From NCBI RefSeq assembly GCF_039871975.1, contig NZ_JBDPLL010000001.1: DNA of 40,000 nucleotides; one strand, written 5' to 3'. The stretch is from Trichormus azollae HNT15244. GTDB taxonomy: Bacteria > Cyanobacteriota > Cyanobacteriia > Cyanobacteriales > Nostocaceae. How positions within the stretch are numbered: the first letter of the stretch is position 1; each line of letters starts with the position of its first letter. Position numbers and translations under genes: made by a program. Shown here in pieces: positions 10,702 to 20,625 of this stretch. Below the pieces are notes generated by a model, which was not told the origin of the DNA, searched no databases, and saw only the letters and a program-made list of their open reading frames with translations.

Positions 10702-11007
10702 CTAATCAATAGTAACAGAAGAGTAATGAGTAGAAACGAATTTCCAGTAAATATACTTGGTGATGTCTTCACCACATTCATCAGCCAGGTAAGATAAAGC
10801 ACGAAATGGCAAAGTAACTACTTCTTCATATAAAGGATTAATTTTGCATAGTGCCGGAATATGGAAAGTTCGCCCAGATAAATTAATATCTCGATCAAAA
10901 TGACAACAGCAAGGAATTAGCTGACAAAATTTCAGGAAATGAGCGAAGCAATAGTTTTTAATTTCAATGCCATCTATACCATCGCCGTAAAGGCTTGAGA
11001 AGTTCAA
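10702..11007 (-). CDS. Cys-rich conserved ORF between nifK and nifE (resembles the cyanobacterial Mo-nitrogenase C-terminal-domain family)
   Basis: 101 aa with FCQLIPCCCHFDRD...HIPALCKINPLYEE. An ORF is drawn at this position in Anabaena nif maps. The family assignment is from memory only. Confidence 0.5.
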   Translation of the reverse strand: MNFSSLYGDGIDGIEIKNYCFAHFLKFCQLIPCCCHFDRDINLSGRTFHIPALCKINPLYEEVVTLPFRALSYLADECGEDITKYIYWKFVSTHYSSVTID

Positions 11008-11118
11008 AATAACCAGAATCTTTATAATTAGGTAGATGGTAGTTAGGGTGTGAATGAGAGTGAGGAATAGATGTCATGAGAGATGCCAGAGATAACTAGA
11101 AATCAGAAGTGAGAATGT

Positions 11119-11146
11119 GGGGATTGGGAATTAATTCCCAATCCCC
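11119..11146. repeat. 28-bp perfect palindrome 70 nt 3' of nifK
   Basis: GGGGATTGGGAATT|AATTCCCAATCCCC, verified base by base. Confidence 0.9.
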
Positions 11147-11216
11147 ATTTATTATTTAGTTGGTTGTTAGTAGTCAGTTGTGATTGTTTCTGACTGACCA
11201 ATAACCACTGACATTC

Positions 11217-12752
11217 TTAACGAATTAAGTCGTAAGAAATATCGGTCTTACCAGGAACATTGGTGGTGCGATCAATTTCTTCAAAGACTGTGTTAACAAT
11301 CCAGTTCAACAAGTTGATTACACCTTTGTAACCAACGGTAGCGTAACGGTGGTAGTGGTGACGATCCATGATAGGATAGCCAATTCTTACCAAAGGTACA
11401 CCGCAATCACGCCATAGGTACTTACCGTAGGAGTTACCAATTAACAGGTCTACAGGTTCTGTGAACAACAAGGAGCGTAAATGCCATAGGTCTTTACCAC
11501 CCCAGATTTTAGCGGACTTACCGAACACGCTAGAATCTAACAATACTTGCAGTTCTTTTTCAAATACTTCGTTGGTGTTGTGAACCAAGATGTGTACAGG
11601 TTCAGCACCCATTTCCAGCATGAAACCAACTACGCTGTAAACTAAGTCAGGATCACCATAGATAGCAAAATGCTTACCATGCAACCAAGCATGGGAGTCA
11701 GTCATAGCATCAACTGCACGACCACGTTCAATTTCCAATTCTTCAGGAATAGCCTTACCAGTCAATTCGCTGAGTTTCATCAAGAACTCGTCAGTTCCCT
11801 TGATACCCCAAGGACGAGAAACACAAACGTCTTGCTTCCATTCCTTAGCAATGTATTCACGGGTCTTTACAGTGGAATAAGCTTGAAGAGCAATAGTAGC
11901 CTTACCGTTGATGGAATCTGCTGCGTCTTCTAACTTGGTACCACCTGGGTACATATTGAATTCACCATCGCAAGGTGAGTCAACATAATCGCTGTTATCA
12001 GATAACAGGGTGTAGTCGATACCCATCAAAGAAGCAATGCGCTTGATTTCGCGGTTGTTTTCTACGTAGGTGTCAAAACCAGGGATGAAGTTGATTTTAC
12101 CGTTGCTCTTGGCTTTCTTCTTACCTGCAGTTAAGGTAGTAAGAATTCCCTTCATCATGTTGTCGTAACCAGTGATGTGGGAACCAACGAAGCTAGGTGT
12201 GTGAGCAAAAGGTACTGGTAAATCTTGAGGAACTGAACCAGCTTCCTTAGCGTTACCGATGAAAGACTGTAAGTCATCACCGATAACTTCTGCCATACAG
12301 GTGGTGCAGACAGCAATCATTTTTGGCTTATAAAGCTTGTAGGAGTTGGCCAAGCCATCGATCATGTTTTGCAGACCACCGAACACAGCAGCGTCTTCAG
12401 TCATCGAAGAAGAAACGCCGGAGAATGGTTCTTTATAGTGACGGGTTAAGTGGGTACGGAAGTAAGCCACACAACCTTGAGAACCTTGAACGAAGGGAAG
12501 AGTACCTTCAAAACCTACAGCCGCAAACATAGCGCCTAGAGGTTGGCAACCTTTAGCGGGGTTAACCGTCAAAGCTTCACGAGCTAAGTTCTTTTCACGA
12601 TATTCCCAGCTTTTTGTCCATTCTGCAACCCGTTCTATTTCTACGGGGTCGTGAGCATTTTCAAACTGTCTCTTGTTTTCAAACAGTTGTTGGTATTCTG
12701 GCTGATGGAATAGCTCAACGTGATCCTTAATATTTTCTGGATTCTGTGGCAT
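11217..12752 (-). CDS. nifK: Nitrogenase MoFe protein beta subunit NifK
   Basis: Start reset to [11 protein letters not shown] (ATG 12752..12750, GGAGAA Shine-Dalgarno upstream), matching the Anabaena NifK N-terminus. Contains [30 protein letters not shown]. The track ORF (to 12833) adds 27 unsupported residues. Confidence 0.95.
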   Translation of the reverse strand: MPQNPENIKDHVELFHQPEYQQLFENKRQFENAHDPVEIERVAEWTKSWEYREKNLAREALTVNPAKGCQPLGAMFAAVGFEGTLPFVQGSQGCVAYFRTHLTRHYKEPFSGVSSSMTEDAAVFGGLQNMIDGLANSYKLYKPKMIAVCTTCMAEVIGDDLQSFIGNAKEAGSVPQDLPVPFAHTPSFVGSHITGYDNMMKGILTTLTAGKKKAKSNGKINFIPGFDTYVENNREIKRIASLMGIDYTLLSDNSDYVDSPCDGEFNMYPGGTKLEDAADSINGKATIALQAYSTVKTREYIAKEWKQDVCVSRPWGIKGTDEFLMKLSELTGKAIPEELEIERGRAVDAMTDSHAWLHGKHFAIYGDPDLVYSVVGFMLEMGAEPVHILVHNTNEVFEKELQVLLDSSVFGKSAKIWGGKDLWHLRSLLFTEPVDLLIGNSYGKYLWRDCGVPLVRIGYPIMDRHHYHRYATVGYKGVINLLNWIVNTVFEEIDRTTNVPGKTDISYDLIR

Positions 12753-12955
12753 TTCTAGTTCTCCAAGCTTGCTGTGTGTTGTGTTTGCTGTAGGGGCGGG
12801 GTTTTTAGGTGGAGAGTGGGGAATCTGGCTCAAAATTCAGAATGCAAAATCCAAAACTTAGAATTTTTAATTTTGAATCTTGAATTCCCAACTCCCCTCT
12901 GGGGTTTTGCCCCAGACTATCCCTACAGGTTTTTTGCCCCTACTATTTCTGTTCC

Positions 12956-14458
12956 CTAAACAGAAGCCTTAGCTTTGGCTTTAGGTTGAGCTTTTTTGTT
13001 CCAGGGAGCGCCAATTAGTCCCCAAGTTGGGCTGTTCAGTGCCAAATCCATGTCACGAGCAAAGATTGCAAATCCGTCGTAACCGTGATAAGGTCCGGAG
13101 TAATCCCAAGAGTGCATTTGACGGAAAGGAAGACCCATCTTTTGGAATACGTACTTCTCTTTCACACCAGAAGCAACTAAGTCTGGCTTTAATGCTTTGA
13201 TGAATTCTTCAAATTCGTAAGCGGTAACGTCGTCATAAACGATTGTTCCGTTTTCGATGTAGTTGGTAGTACGTTTATAGTCGTCATTATGAGCGAACTC
13301 ATAACCAGTACCAATCATCTTCATTCCTAAATCTTGGAAAGCAGGAACAACGTGACGGGGACGTAGACCACCAACCATCATTGCAACTGTCTTACCTTCC
13401 AAACGGGGGCGATATTGCTTAACGATCGCATCCATTGTGGGTTGGTATTTAGCAATTACCTTCTCAGCGTTTTCTTGGATCTTAGAGTCAAACTTGGAAG
13501 CGATTTCGCGTAAAGATGCAGCTATCTTGGTAGGACCGAAGAAGTTATACTCAAGCCAGGGTATACCATAAGCTTCTTCCATGTGACGGCTGATGTAGTT
13601 CATCGAGCGGTAACAGTGGATGAGGTTCATCTTCACGTTGGGGGTTATCAACATTTCGTTGATTGTACCGTCACCAGACCACTGAGCAACTACGCGCAAA
13701 CCGATTTCTTCCAACAGGATGCGGCTGGCCCAAGCATCACCACCAATATTATAGTCACCAATGATAGCTACGTCGTAGGGAGTACTTTCAAACTTCAATG
13801 TACCGTCTTTCTTAGCTTGATCTGCTCTGGGGAATACCCAGTCACGAATCATGTCATTAGCGATGTGGTGTCCTAAAGACTGAGACACACCGCGGAAACC
13901 TTCGCAACGTACGGGAATAACTGGCTTACCAATGGTTTTGGATGTCTTCTTAGCTACTGCTTCGATGTCATCCCCAATTAGACCGATGGGACATTCAGAT
14001 TGAATAGAAACCCCACGATTTAAGGGGAATAATACATCTAATTCTTCAATTAACTTGGTCAGTTTCTTGTCTCCACCGAACACGATGTCGCGTTCTTGGA
14101 AATCTGAAGTGAAGTGCATGGTACCAAAGGTGTCAACACCTGTTTTACCCAGGTAGTAGTTACGACGACCAGACCAAGACCAGTAACCGCAACCTACAGG
14201 ACCGTGGCTGATGTGGATCAGGTCCTTAATAGGACCCCAAACCACACCTTTAGAACCTGCATAAGCACAACCACGAGCGGTCATTACACCAGGAAGGGAT
14301 TTGATATTAGATTTAACACCACAATCAGCCTTACCTTCTTCGTATACGTTTAAGTGCTTCTCACGTTTTTTAGCAGCTTTTTCGGGGTAGGCTTTAAGAA
14401 CTTCTTTAACTAGTTCTTTTCTTTGTTCAACGATCTTCTTGTCATCTGGAGGAGTCAT
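12956..14458 (-). CDS. nifD: Nitrogenase MoFe protein alpha subunit NifD, uninterrupted
   Basis: 500 aa. [14 protein letters not shown], the CYRSMNY FeMo-co Cys region, and [19 protein letters not shown]. Confidence 0.97.
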   Translation of the reverse strand: MTPPDDKKIVEQRKELVKEVLKAYPEKAAKKREKHLNVYEEGKADCGVKSNIKSLPGVMTARGCAYAGSKGVVWGPIKDLIHISHGPVGCGYWSWSGRRNYYLGKTGVDTFGTMHFTSDFQERDIVFGGDKKLTKLIEELDVLFPLNRGVSIQSECPIGLIGDDIEAVAKKTSKTIGKPVIPVRCEGFRGVSQSLGHHIANDMIRDWVFPRADQAKKDGTLKFESTPYDVAIIGDYNIGGDAWASRILLEEIGLRVVAQWSGDGTINEMLITPNVKMNLIHCYRSMNYISRHMEEAYGIPWLEYNFFGPTKIAASLREIASKFDSKIQENAEKVIAKYQPTMDAIVKQYRPRLEGKTVAMMVGGLRPRHVVPAFQDLGMKMIGTGYEFAHNDDYKRTTNYIENGTIVYDDVTAYEFEEFIKALKPDLVASGVKEKYVFQKMGLPFRQMHSWDYSGPYHGYDGFAIFARDMDLALNSPTWGLIGAPWNKKAQPKAKAKASV

Positions 14459-14505
14459 TATCTGTCTCTCTTGCTCCTAAGGGACGGGGATTGGGGATTA
14501 AGGAT

Positions 14506-14524
14506 GGGGACTTTTGATGTCCCC
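14506..14524 (-). other. Hairpin in the nifH-nifD spacer
   Basis: GGGGAC TTTTGAT GTCCCC, embedded in GGGGATT-type repeats. Confidence 0.4.
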
Positions 14525-14612
14525 TGTGGGGATTGGAGGGAAGGGAAGGTCAAAAGGAAATTATGTAGAGTTTCCCTTTTTCCTTGTCCTAATTTTCCTA
14601 ATTTATAGATTT

Positions 14613-15619
<1,007 letters not shown>

Positions 15620-15700
15620 GAAAATTTGGTTGTGTACATGATGTTTATTGGATTGTAAGAATTTGTTGCTTGTCAGTCGTCAGTTATTTTTGACTAATGA

Positions 15701-16621
15701 CTAATAATTAACTGCTTCAACGATAATTTCTTTGCTGATGCGATCGTGTAATCTTGATTCAATCGCAATCTTTAAAGTAGCTGTGCTGCTAGAACATGAA
15801 CCGCAAGCACCTTGGAGAACAACTTTCACTTTATCGCCTTCTACATCATAAAGTTCAACATCTCCCCCATCGGCGATTAGAACGGGTCGGACTTCTTCAT
15901 CTAATACTCTTTGAATTAAGGCAATTTTTTGTAAATTAGTTAATGGTTTTTGTTGCGCTAAACTATTACCTAAACCTGAAACTTCTGTCTTAGCTTTCGC
16001 GCCATTAGTGTGGAGATTCTCTTTGGCGAACTCTTGCTTAACTTCCTTTATTATATCATCAATTTTCGCTAAACAAGAACCGCATCCGCCACCAGCTTTT
16101 ATATAATTTGTTACTTGTTCTGCACTGAGAAGATTATTTTGAGTGATCGCTTTTCTAATCTTAGTATTACTTATACTAAAACAAGTACAAATTAGTGTTC
16201 CTTCATTATCGTCATCATGGGCAGCTAAAGGAATGCCTCTATAATTAGAGATAGCAGCTTCTAGAGCTTCCTGACCCATAACAGAACAGTGCATTTTTGC
16301 TTCAGGTAAACCACCTAAATATGCAGCGATTTGTTTATTGGTGACTTTCAAAGCTTCATCTACAGTCAATCCTTTAACCATTTCAGTTAAAGCACTAGAA
16401 GAAGCTATCGCACTAGTACAGCCAAAAGTTTGAAAACGAGCATCGAGAATCTTATCAGATGCAACTTCCACTTTCAAATGCAATCTGAGAGCATCACCGC
16501 AAGCAATACTGCCTACCTCTCCAGTTGCAACCTTCACACCAGCTTCATTTGTTTCTTCAATTGCACCTTGGTTTTTAGGCTCGTAAAACAACTCTAATAC
16601 TTTATCTGTGTAGTCCCACAT
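15701..16621 (-). CDS. nifU: Fe-S cluster scaffold NifU
   Basis: 306 aa. N-terminal GSIACGDALRLHL, a central [2Fe-2S] Cys set (CTCF...GGGCGSC), and the C-terminal NifU domain GACGSCSSS. Confidence 0.95.
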   Translation of the reverse strand: MWDYTDKVLELFYEPKNQGAIEETNEAGVKVATGEVGSIACGDALRLHLKVEVASDKILDARFQTFGCTSAIASSSALTEMVKGLTVDEALKVTNKQIAAYLGGLPEAKMHCSVMGQEALEAAISNYRGIPLAAHDDDNEGTLICTCFSISNTKIRKAITQNNLLSAEQVTNYIKAGGGCGSCLAKIDDIIKEVKQEFAKENLHTNGAKAKTEVSGLGNSLAQQKPLTNLQKIALIQRVLDEEVRPVLIADGGDVELYDVEGDKVKVVLQGACGSCSSSTATLKIAIESRLHDRISKEIIVEAVNY

Positions 16622-16667
16622 AGTTGATTGTAGATTTTGGATTTTAGATTTCTGTTCTTAGATTGAT

Positions 16668-16744
16668 GATTGAGTAGGGGATTTGAGGGTATTAGGTAGC
16701 TTGAGAGTTTTCCCAGCACCCAGTCCCTAATCCCCTACTCAATC
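16668..16744 (-). other. Perfect 16-bp inverted repeat (hairpin) in the nifS-nifU spacer
   Basis: GATTGAGTAGGGGATT (16668..16683) and AATCCCCTACTCAATC (16729..16744). The right arm touches the nifS stop codon. Confidence 0.85.
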
Positions 16745-17961
16745 TACCGATTTACTAAAGTATGCTCTTGCTTTTGTAACCAACCCACTTCATCATTTTT
16801 GAAGGGAGATAAAGCGCGGAGACGTTCAATAATTTCTGGCATGATTGTAATTACTTGCTCAATTTCTGCTTCGGTGGTGTAGCGACAAAGACTGAAGCGA
16901 ATTGAACCATGTAAAGTAGTGTAAGGCAAACCCATTGCTCTTAAAACATGGGAGGGTTCAAGTGAACGAGAAGTACAAGCAGAACCAGAGGAAGCACAAA
17001 TACCGTGTTTATTCAGAAGTAGGAGAATTGCTTCACCTTCGATATATTTGAAACCGATGTTGCTAGTATTTGGTAATCTATTTTTCACATCACCATTTAC
17101 TACACAATCGGGAATTTTAGCAAGTAAAGTTTGTTCGAGGCGATCGCGCAATTTTCTTTCTCTCTTAGTCGCCTCTTCCAAGAGAAGTATTTCCAGTTCT
17201 GCTGCCTTACCTAAAGCGATAATTCCGGGAACATTTTCTGTACCTGCTCTCCGTCCTCTTTCTTGATGTCCACCTATTAAGAAGGGACGGAATCTTACAC
17301 CACGTTTCACATACAAAGCACCAATACCTTTGGGCGCATGAATTTTGTGACCAGAGATAGTTAACATATCTATGGTGCTGGTTTTCATGTTCAAGGGTAC
17401 TTTACCTACCGCTTGTACTGCATCGACGTGAAAGATTGCTCCATATTCTTTAACTCTAGCACCAATCTCTTCAATTGGAAAAATAGTGCCGATTTCATTA
17501 TTGGCATACATCACTGTCACTAAAGCAGTGTTGCCAGTTAGAGAAGCTTCTAACTCATTCAAGTATATTTGTCCCTTATCATTAACTGATAAATAGGTAA
17601 CTTGATAACCTTGAGTTTCTAATTGTTTGCAGACATTTAAAACTGCGGGATGTTCTACTTGGGAAGTGATGATATGACGTTTTTCTGGTTGAGCTAATAA
17701 AGCAGCATGAATAGCTGCATTATCACCTTCAGTTCCACTGCTAGTAAATACTATTTCCGATTCATCAGCACCGATTAAAGCTGCAGTTTGTTCTCTAGCT
17801 ACCTTCACACTTTTAGCTAATTGCCCACCAAAGGTGTGCATACTAGAAGGATTAGCGTAATAGTCCGTCAGAAAAGGCATCATTGCCTCAATCACCTCGG
17901 GAGCTACCTTAGTCGTAGCATTATTATCCAGATAGATGCAATCTTTTAGCATAGTTTCCAT
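16744..17961 (-). CDS. nifS: Cysteine desulfurase NifS
   Basis: 405 aa. YLDNNATT, the PLP lysine region SGHKIHAPKGIGALY, and the catalytic loop SSGSACTS. Confidence 0.95.
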   Translation of the reverse strand: METMLKDCIYLDNNATTKVAPEVIEAMMPFLTDYYANPSSMHTFGGQLAKSVKVAREQTAALIGADESEIVFTSSGTEGDNAAIHAALLAQPEKRHIITSQVEHPAVLNVCKQLETQGYQVTYLSVNDKGQIYLNELEASLTGNTALVTVMYANNEIGTIFPIEEIGARVKEYGAIFHVDAVQAVGKVPLNMKTSTIDMLTISGHKIHAPKGIGALYVKRGVRFRPFLIGGHQERGRRAGTENVPGIIALGKAAELEILLLEEATKRERKLRDRLEQTLLAKIPDCVVNGDVKNRLPNTSNIGFKYIEGEAILLLLNKHGICASSGSACTSRSLEPSHVLRAMGLPYTTLHGSIRFSLCRYTTEAEIEQVITIMPEIIERLRALSPFKNDEVGWLQKQEHTLVNR

Positions 17962-17995
17962 ATTAATTATTTAGCATAGTTTCCATATTAATTAT
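17946..17995. repeat. Perfect 25-bp tandem duplication spanning the nifS start codon
   Basis: TTAGCATAGTTTCCATATTAATTAT occurs twice (17946..17970, 17971..17995). Confidence 0.95.
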
Positions 17996-18079
17996 GAAGT
18001 ATTAAGGGATTGGTAATGGGTAATTGGTACTTGGTAATAAAAACCGGGCCCCAATCTCCAGTCCCCAGTCCCTAGTTAC

Positions 18080-18418
18080 CTAAACAACTACTTGATTCTT
18101 TTGCAATTGTTCCGAAAACTTTTGGGAATAAGTGTTATACCAACACTCCCAATAATCTTGTTTATTTGTTAACTTGGCAATGAGGCGGTTGTATTTAACA
18201 AACCAACCTTCCCAATAATCACTAGGTTCTTTAACGCAACCATCAACAGTAGGACAAACGGCTTTACATTGAGGTACAGTGTATATGCCCCCAGCGCAGT
18301 TTGTGCAAAGTTCAGAATCAATGGAGTGATTACCATCTAGGATTTTCACTGCACCAGTAGGACATACAGACAAACAACGCTTGCAGGAAATACACGCTGC
18401 GGTAATTTTGTAAGCCAT
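18080..18418 (-). CDS. fdxN: Bacterial-type 2x[4Fe-4S] ferredoxin FdxN, uninterrupted
   Basis: 112 aa. CISCKRCLSVCP and CTNCAG...CKAVCP. Confidence 0.9.
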   Translation of the reverse strand: MAYKITAACISCKRCLSVCPTGAVKILDGNHSIDSELCTNCAGGIYTVPQCKAVCPTVDGCVKEPSDYWEGWFVKYNRLIAKLTNKQDYWECWYNTYSQKFSEQLQKNQVVV

Positions 18419-18545
18419 GATTATTCTCCTAGGTGGGAATTGGTGATTGGTGATTGGGTATTGGGTATTGGAGATTGGGTATTGGGAAGAGTTTTTTTCC
18501 TAATCCCCAGTCCCTAATTCCCCAGTCCCTAATCCCCAGTCCCTA
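18419..18545. repeat. Long STRR heptamer block in the nifB-fdxN spacer, running into the nifB 3' end
   Basis: The left arm is ATTGGTG/ATTGGGT units. The right arm is three TAATCCCCAGTCCC-type units. The last CCCCAGT unit encodes the terminal GTGD of NifB. Confidence 0.85.
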
Positions 18546-19968
18546 CATACTGCTGGTAAAATTCAAGTGCGACTTTTTCAATTACGTCGTAAGCTTCCAC
18601 AGTCTTTATCCCTGCTGCTTCTAGTTTCTCTTTCGGACAGTTACCAATTTTGGCAACTAAGACTGCTTTACAATCTGCGATCGCTTTCATTATATTTTCT
18701 GCAGTCGCTTCTTCGCCGTATCCACCTTGACAATATTGGTCGATTTTGCGATGACTGATAAAGCGTACTTCATTACCATCAACTTCGTACACTTGAAATT
18801 CCTTCACATGACCGAAGTGTTGATTAACTAATCCACCACCTTTGGTCGCTACAGCAACTAAAATTTTCGGACTGTTGGCAACTTTCTTACCAGTTTGTAC
18901 CTTGGCTTTTGCTAGTTTAATTTCTTCTCTAAATTTCTCAATGCCCTCATGAACTTCCTGGCGTGTTTCCAGGTTATATTCTGGAGACATTTCCAAGAAT
19001 TTATCTTTGGTAAATTCCTGGCTGCGGTCTTCTCCTAATAATCCTACCGCATCTGCTCGGCACTGGCGACAGTGACGCATCATTTTCATATTACCAGAAC
19101 AGTTATCTTGAACTTCTTTGAGTTCTTTTCCTGTTGGACCACGTTGACCAGTTAAACCGAAATGTGTCCCATGTTCTGGTGCAGAAATTAGCGGCATTAT
19201 GTTGTGTAAGAATGCACCATTCTCACGAATCATTTTGTTAACTTCCACCAAGTGACGATCATTAATTCCGGGAATCATCACAGAATTAACTTTACACAAA
19301 ATGTCAGCTTCTTTTAAAGCTTGCAGTCCTTCCAACTGCCTTTCTAGCAGAATCTTTGCACCTTCCACACCTTTATAACGCTTGCGTTTGTAATGAACCC
19401 AAGCATAAATTTGTGCTCCGATTTCTGGATCAATGGTGTTAAGGGTGATAGTAACGTGATCTATATTTAATTGTTTGATGCGATCAATATATTCTGGTAG
19501 CATCAAACCGTTAGTTGATAAGCAAAGCTTAATATCTGGTGCTTTATCTGCAATCAACTCAAAGGTACGGAATGTTTTTTCAGGATTTGCTAAAGGATCA
19601 CCAGGACCTGCAACTCCCAACACTGTCATTTGGGGAATTTTACCTGCAATTACCAACACTTTATGTGCGGCTTCTTCAGGTGTGAGTAACTCACTCACTA
19701 CTCCAGGTCGGCTTTCGTTAGCACAGTCATACTTGCGGTTACAATAGTTGCATTGAATGTTACACGCTGGTGCAACTGCAACGTGCATCCGTGCATAATG
19801 GTGATGTGCTTCTTCACTATAGCAAGGGTGTTTGGCAATCCGTTCTTTGAGCTTTTCGTCCATTTCTAGAGCTGTGCTGCTGTCGCAACCACAACCACCT
19901 GATTTGGCTTGCTTGATATTGAGTTCCTGTTCGGAGGAGGTGAGGAGTCCTGTAGCCGGTAGTGTCAT
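18529..19968 (-). CDS. nifB: Radical-SAM FeMo-cofactor biosynthesis protein NifB
   Basis: Radical SAM motif [14 protein letters not shown] and a C-terminal NifX-like domain ([17 protein letters not shown]). Start set to the [12 protein letters not shown] Met (19968..19966). The track ORF extends to 20079, but that extension is not NifB-like. Confidence 0.95.
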   Translation of the reverse strand: MTLPATGLLTSSEQELNIKQAKSGGCGCDSSTALEMDEKLKERIAKHPCYSEEAHHHYARMHVAVAPACNIQCNYCNRKYDCANESRPGVVSELLTPEEAAHKVLVIAGKIPQMTVLGVAGPGDPLANPEKTFRTFELIADKAPDIKLCLSTNGLMLPEYIDRIKQLNIDHVTITLNTIDPEIGAQIYAWVHYKRKRYKGVEGAKILLERQLEGLQALKEADILCKVNSVMIPGINDRHLVEVNKMIRENGAFLHNIMPLISAPEHGTHFGLTGQRGPTGKELKEVQDNCSGNMKMMRHCRQCRADAVGLLGEDRSQEFTKDKFLEMSPEYNLETRQEVHEGIEKFREEIKLAKAKVQTGKKVANSPKILVAVATKGGGLVNQHFGHVKEFQVYEVDGNEVRFISHRKIDQYCQGGYGEEATAENIMKAIADCKAVLVAKIGNCPKEKLEAAGIKTVEAYDVIEKVALEFYQQYVGTGD

Positions 19969-20134
19969 TGAATTTCGCAAAGGTCGGTGGACTAGATAGC
20001 CACTGTGGGAGATGCCGTTGCTACTTCCAATGCCTATGAACTGAAGTCGCGTCTTATACTTGCCTCCCAATAATACCAAATTTGGATAGTTTCGGATAAT
20101 TCTGGATAATTTTAGTCAGATTTGCAATTTTGGT

Positions 20135-20163
20135 AAAAGCCTTTTTTTCATAAAAAGGCTTTT
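20135..20163 (-). other. Terminator-like hairpin inside the nifB 5' leader region
   Basis: AAAAGCCTTTTT (20135..20146), loop TTCAT, AAAAAGGCTTTT (20152..20163). This is a 12-bp perfect stem with A/T runs on both sides, about 170 nt 5' of the nifB ATG. Confidence 0.5.
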
Positions 20164-20469
20164 CATCTAAAATCTGTCTTGGAAAGTTATGATCGCAGGT
20201 TTCCTCCGCTCAGACTTTCCACAAAATCCAAAATTAATACAAGGGTGGGCAGTAAATCTTTGGGGTTCGGCTGGTCTGTGTCAATATTTGGGTCTTGGGT
20301 AGATTTTGTGTATACAGCGGCGACTTCTATTCACTTCAGGCATGGTGCTATCTCATCCCTCCACTCACTTTAGGCTTCTAACTTTGTTAAGGAGCTTTAA
20401 GTAATTGGCGATAAATGATTTATAGCAGCCCTTTTTAGATAGGTGACTGGTTGATCTGGGATAGGATTT

Positions 20470-20625
20470 ATTGGATTTATTACGTTTGTACTCAGATTGA
20501 GAAACCCTAATCTTTTCAGGATTACAAAAATTAAATAATATTTTTTCGGGTAGAGGTTCTAGTATTTTTCAGTTAGGGTACGAGTATTTATCGAATGGGG
20601 TTCAGGATTTATTTGTACTCAGTCA
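20470..20625 (-). promoter_or_regulatory. GTAC-box module upstream of nifB (copy A of a two-copy element)
   Basis: ATTTATTACGTTTGTACTCA (20475..20494) and GGGTAGAGGTTCTAG...GGGTACGAG...GGGGTTCAGGATTTATTTGTACTCA (20548..20621). It is homologous to 31885..32040. Confidence 0.6.

Noticed and set aside
13094-13099. TCCGGA (DIF1-type heterocyst promoter motif) inside nifD.
   Set aside because: It is part of the coding sequence and of the xisA core site. No associated -10 element or downstream gene start makes a promoter call reasonable.
20079-20080. N-terminal extensions in the longest-ORF calls for nifB (19969..20079), nifK (12753..12833), nifV (29809..29922) and nifZ (28689..28706).
   Set aside because: The extensions are not like the known N-termini of these proteins. 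Internal Met codons reproduce the conserved starts (MPQNPE for Nif[17 protein letters not shown] for NifV), with a Shine-Dalgarno for nifK.
20548-20621. The possibility that the GGGTA(C/G) repeat block is a tRNA, a tRNA remnant or an NtcA site.
   Set aside because: No cloverleaf and no GGTTCGAAT-type T-loop could be drawn. The closest NtcA-like strings are GTA-N8-TAT (20578..20591) and TGTA-N9-TACA (31927..31943), neither of which matches the GTA-N8-TAC consensus.
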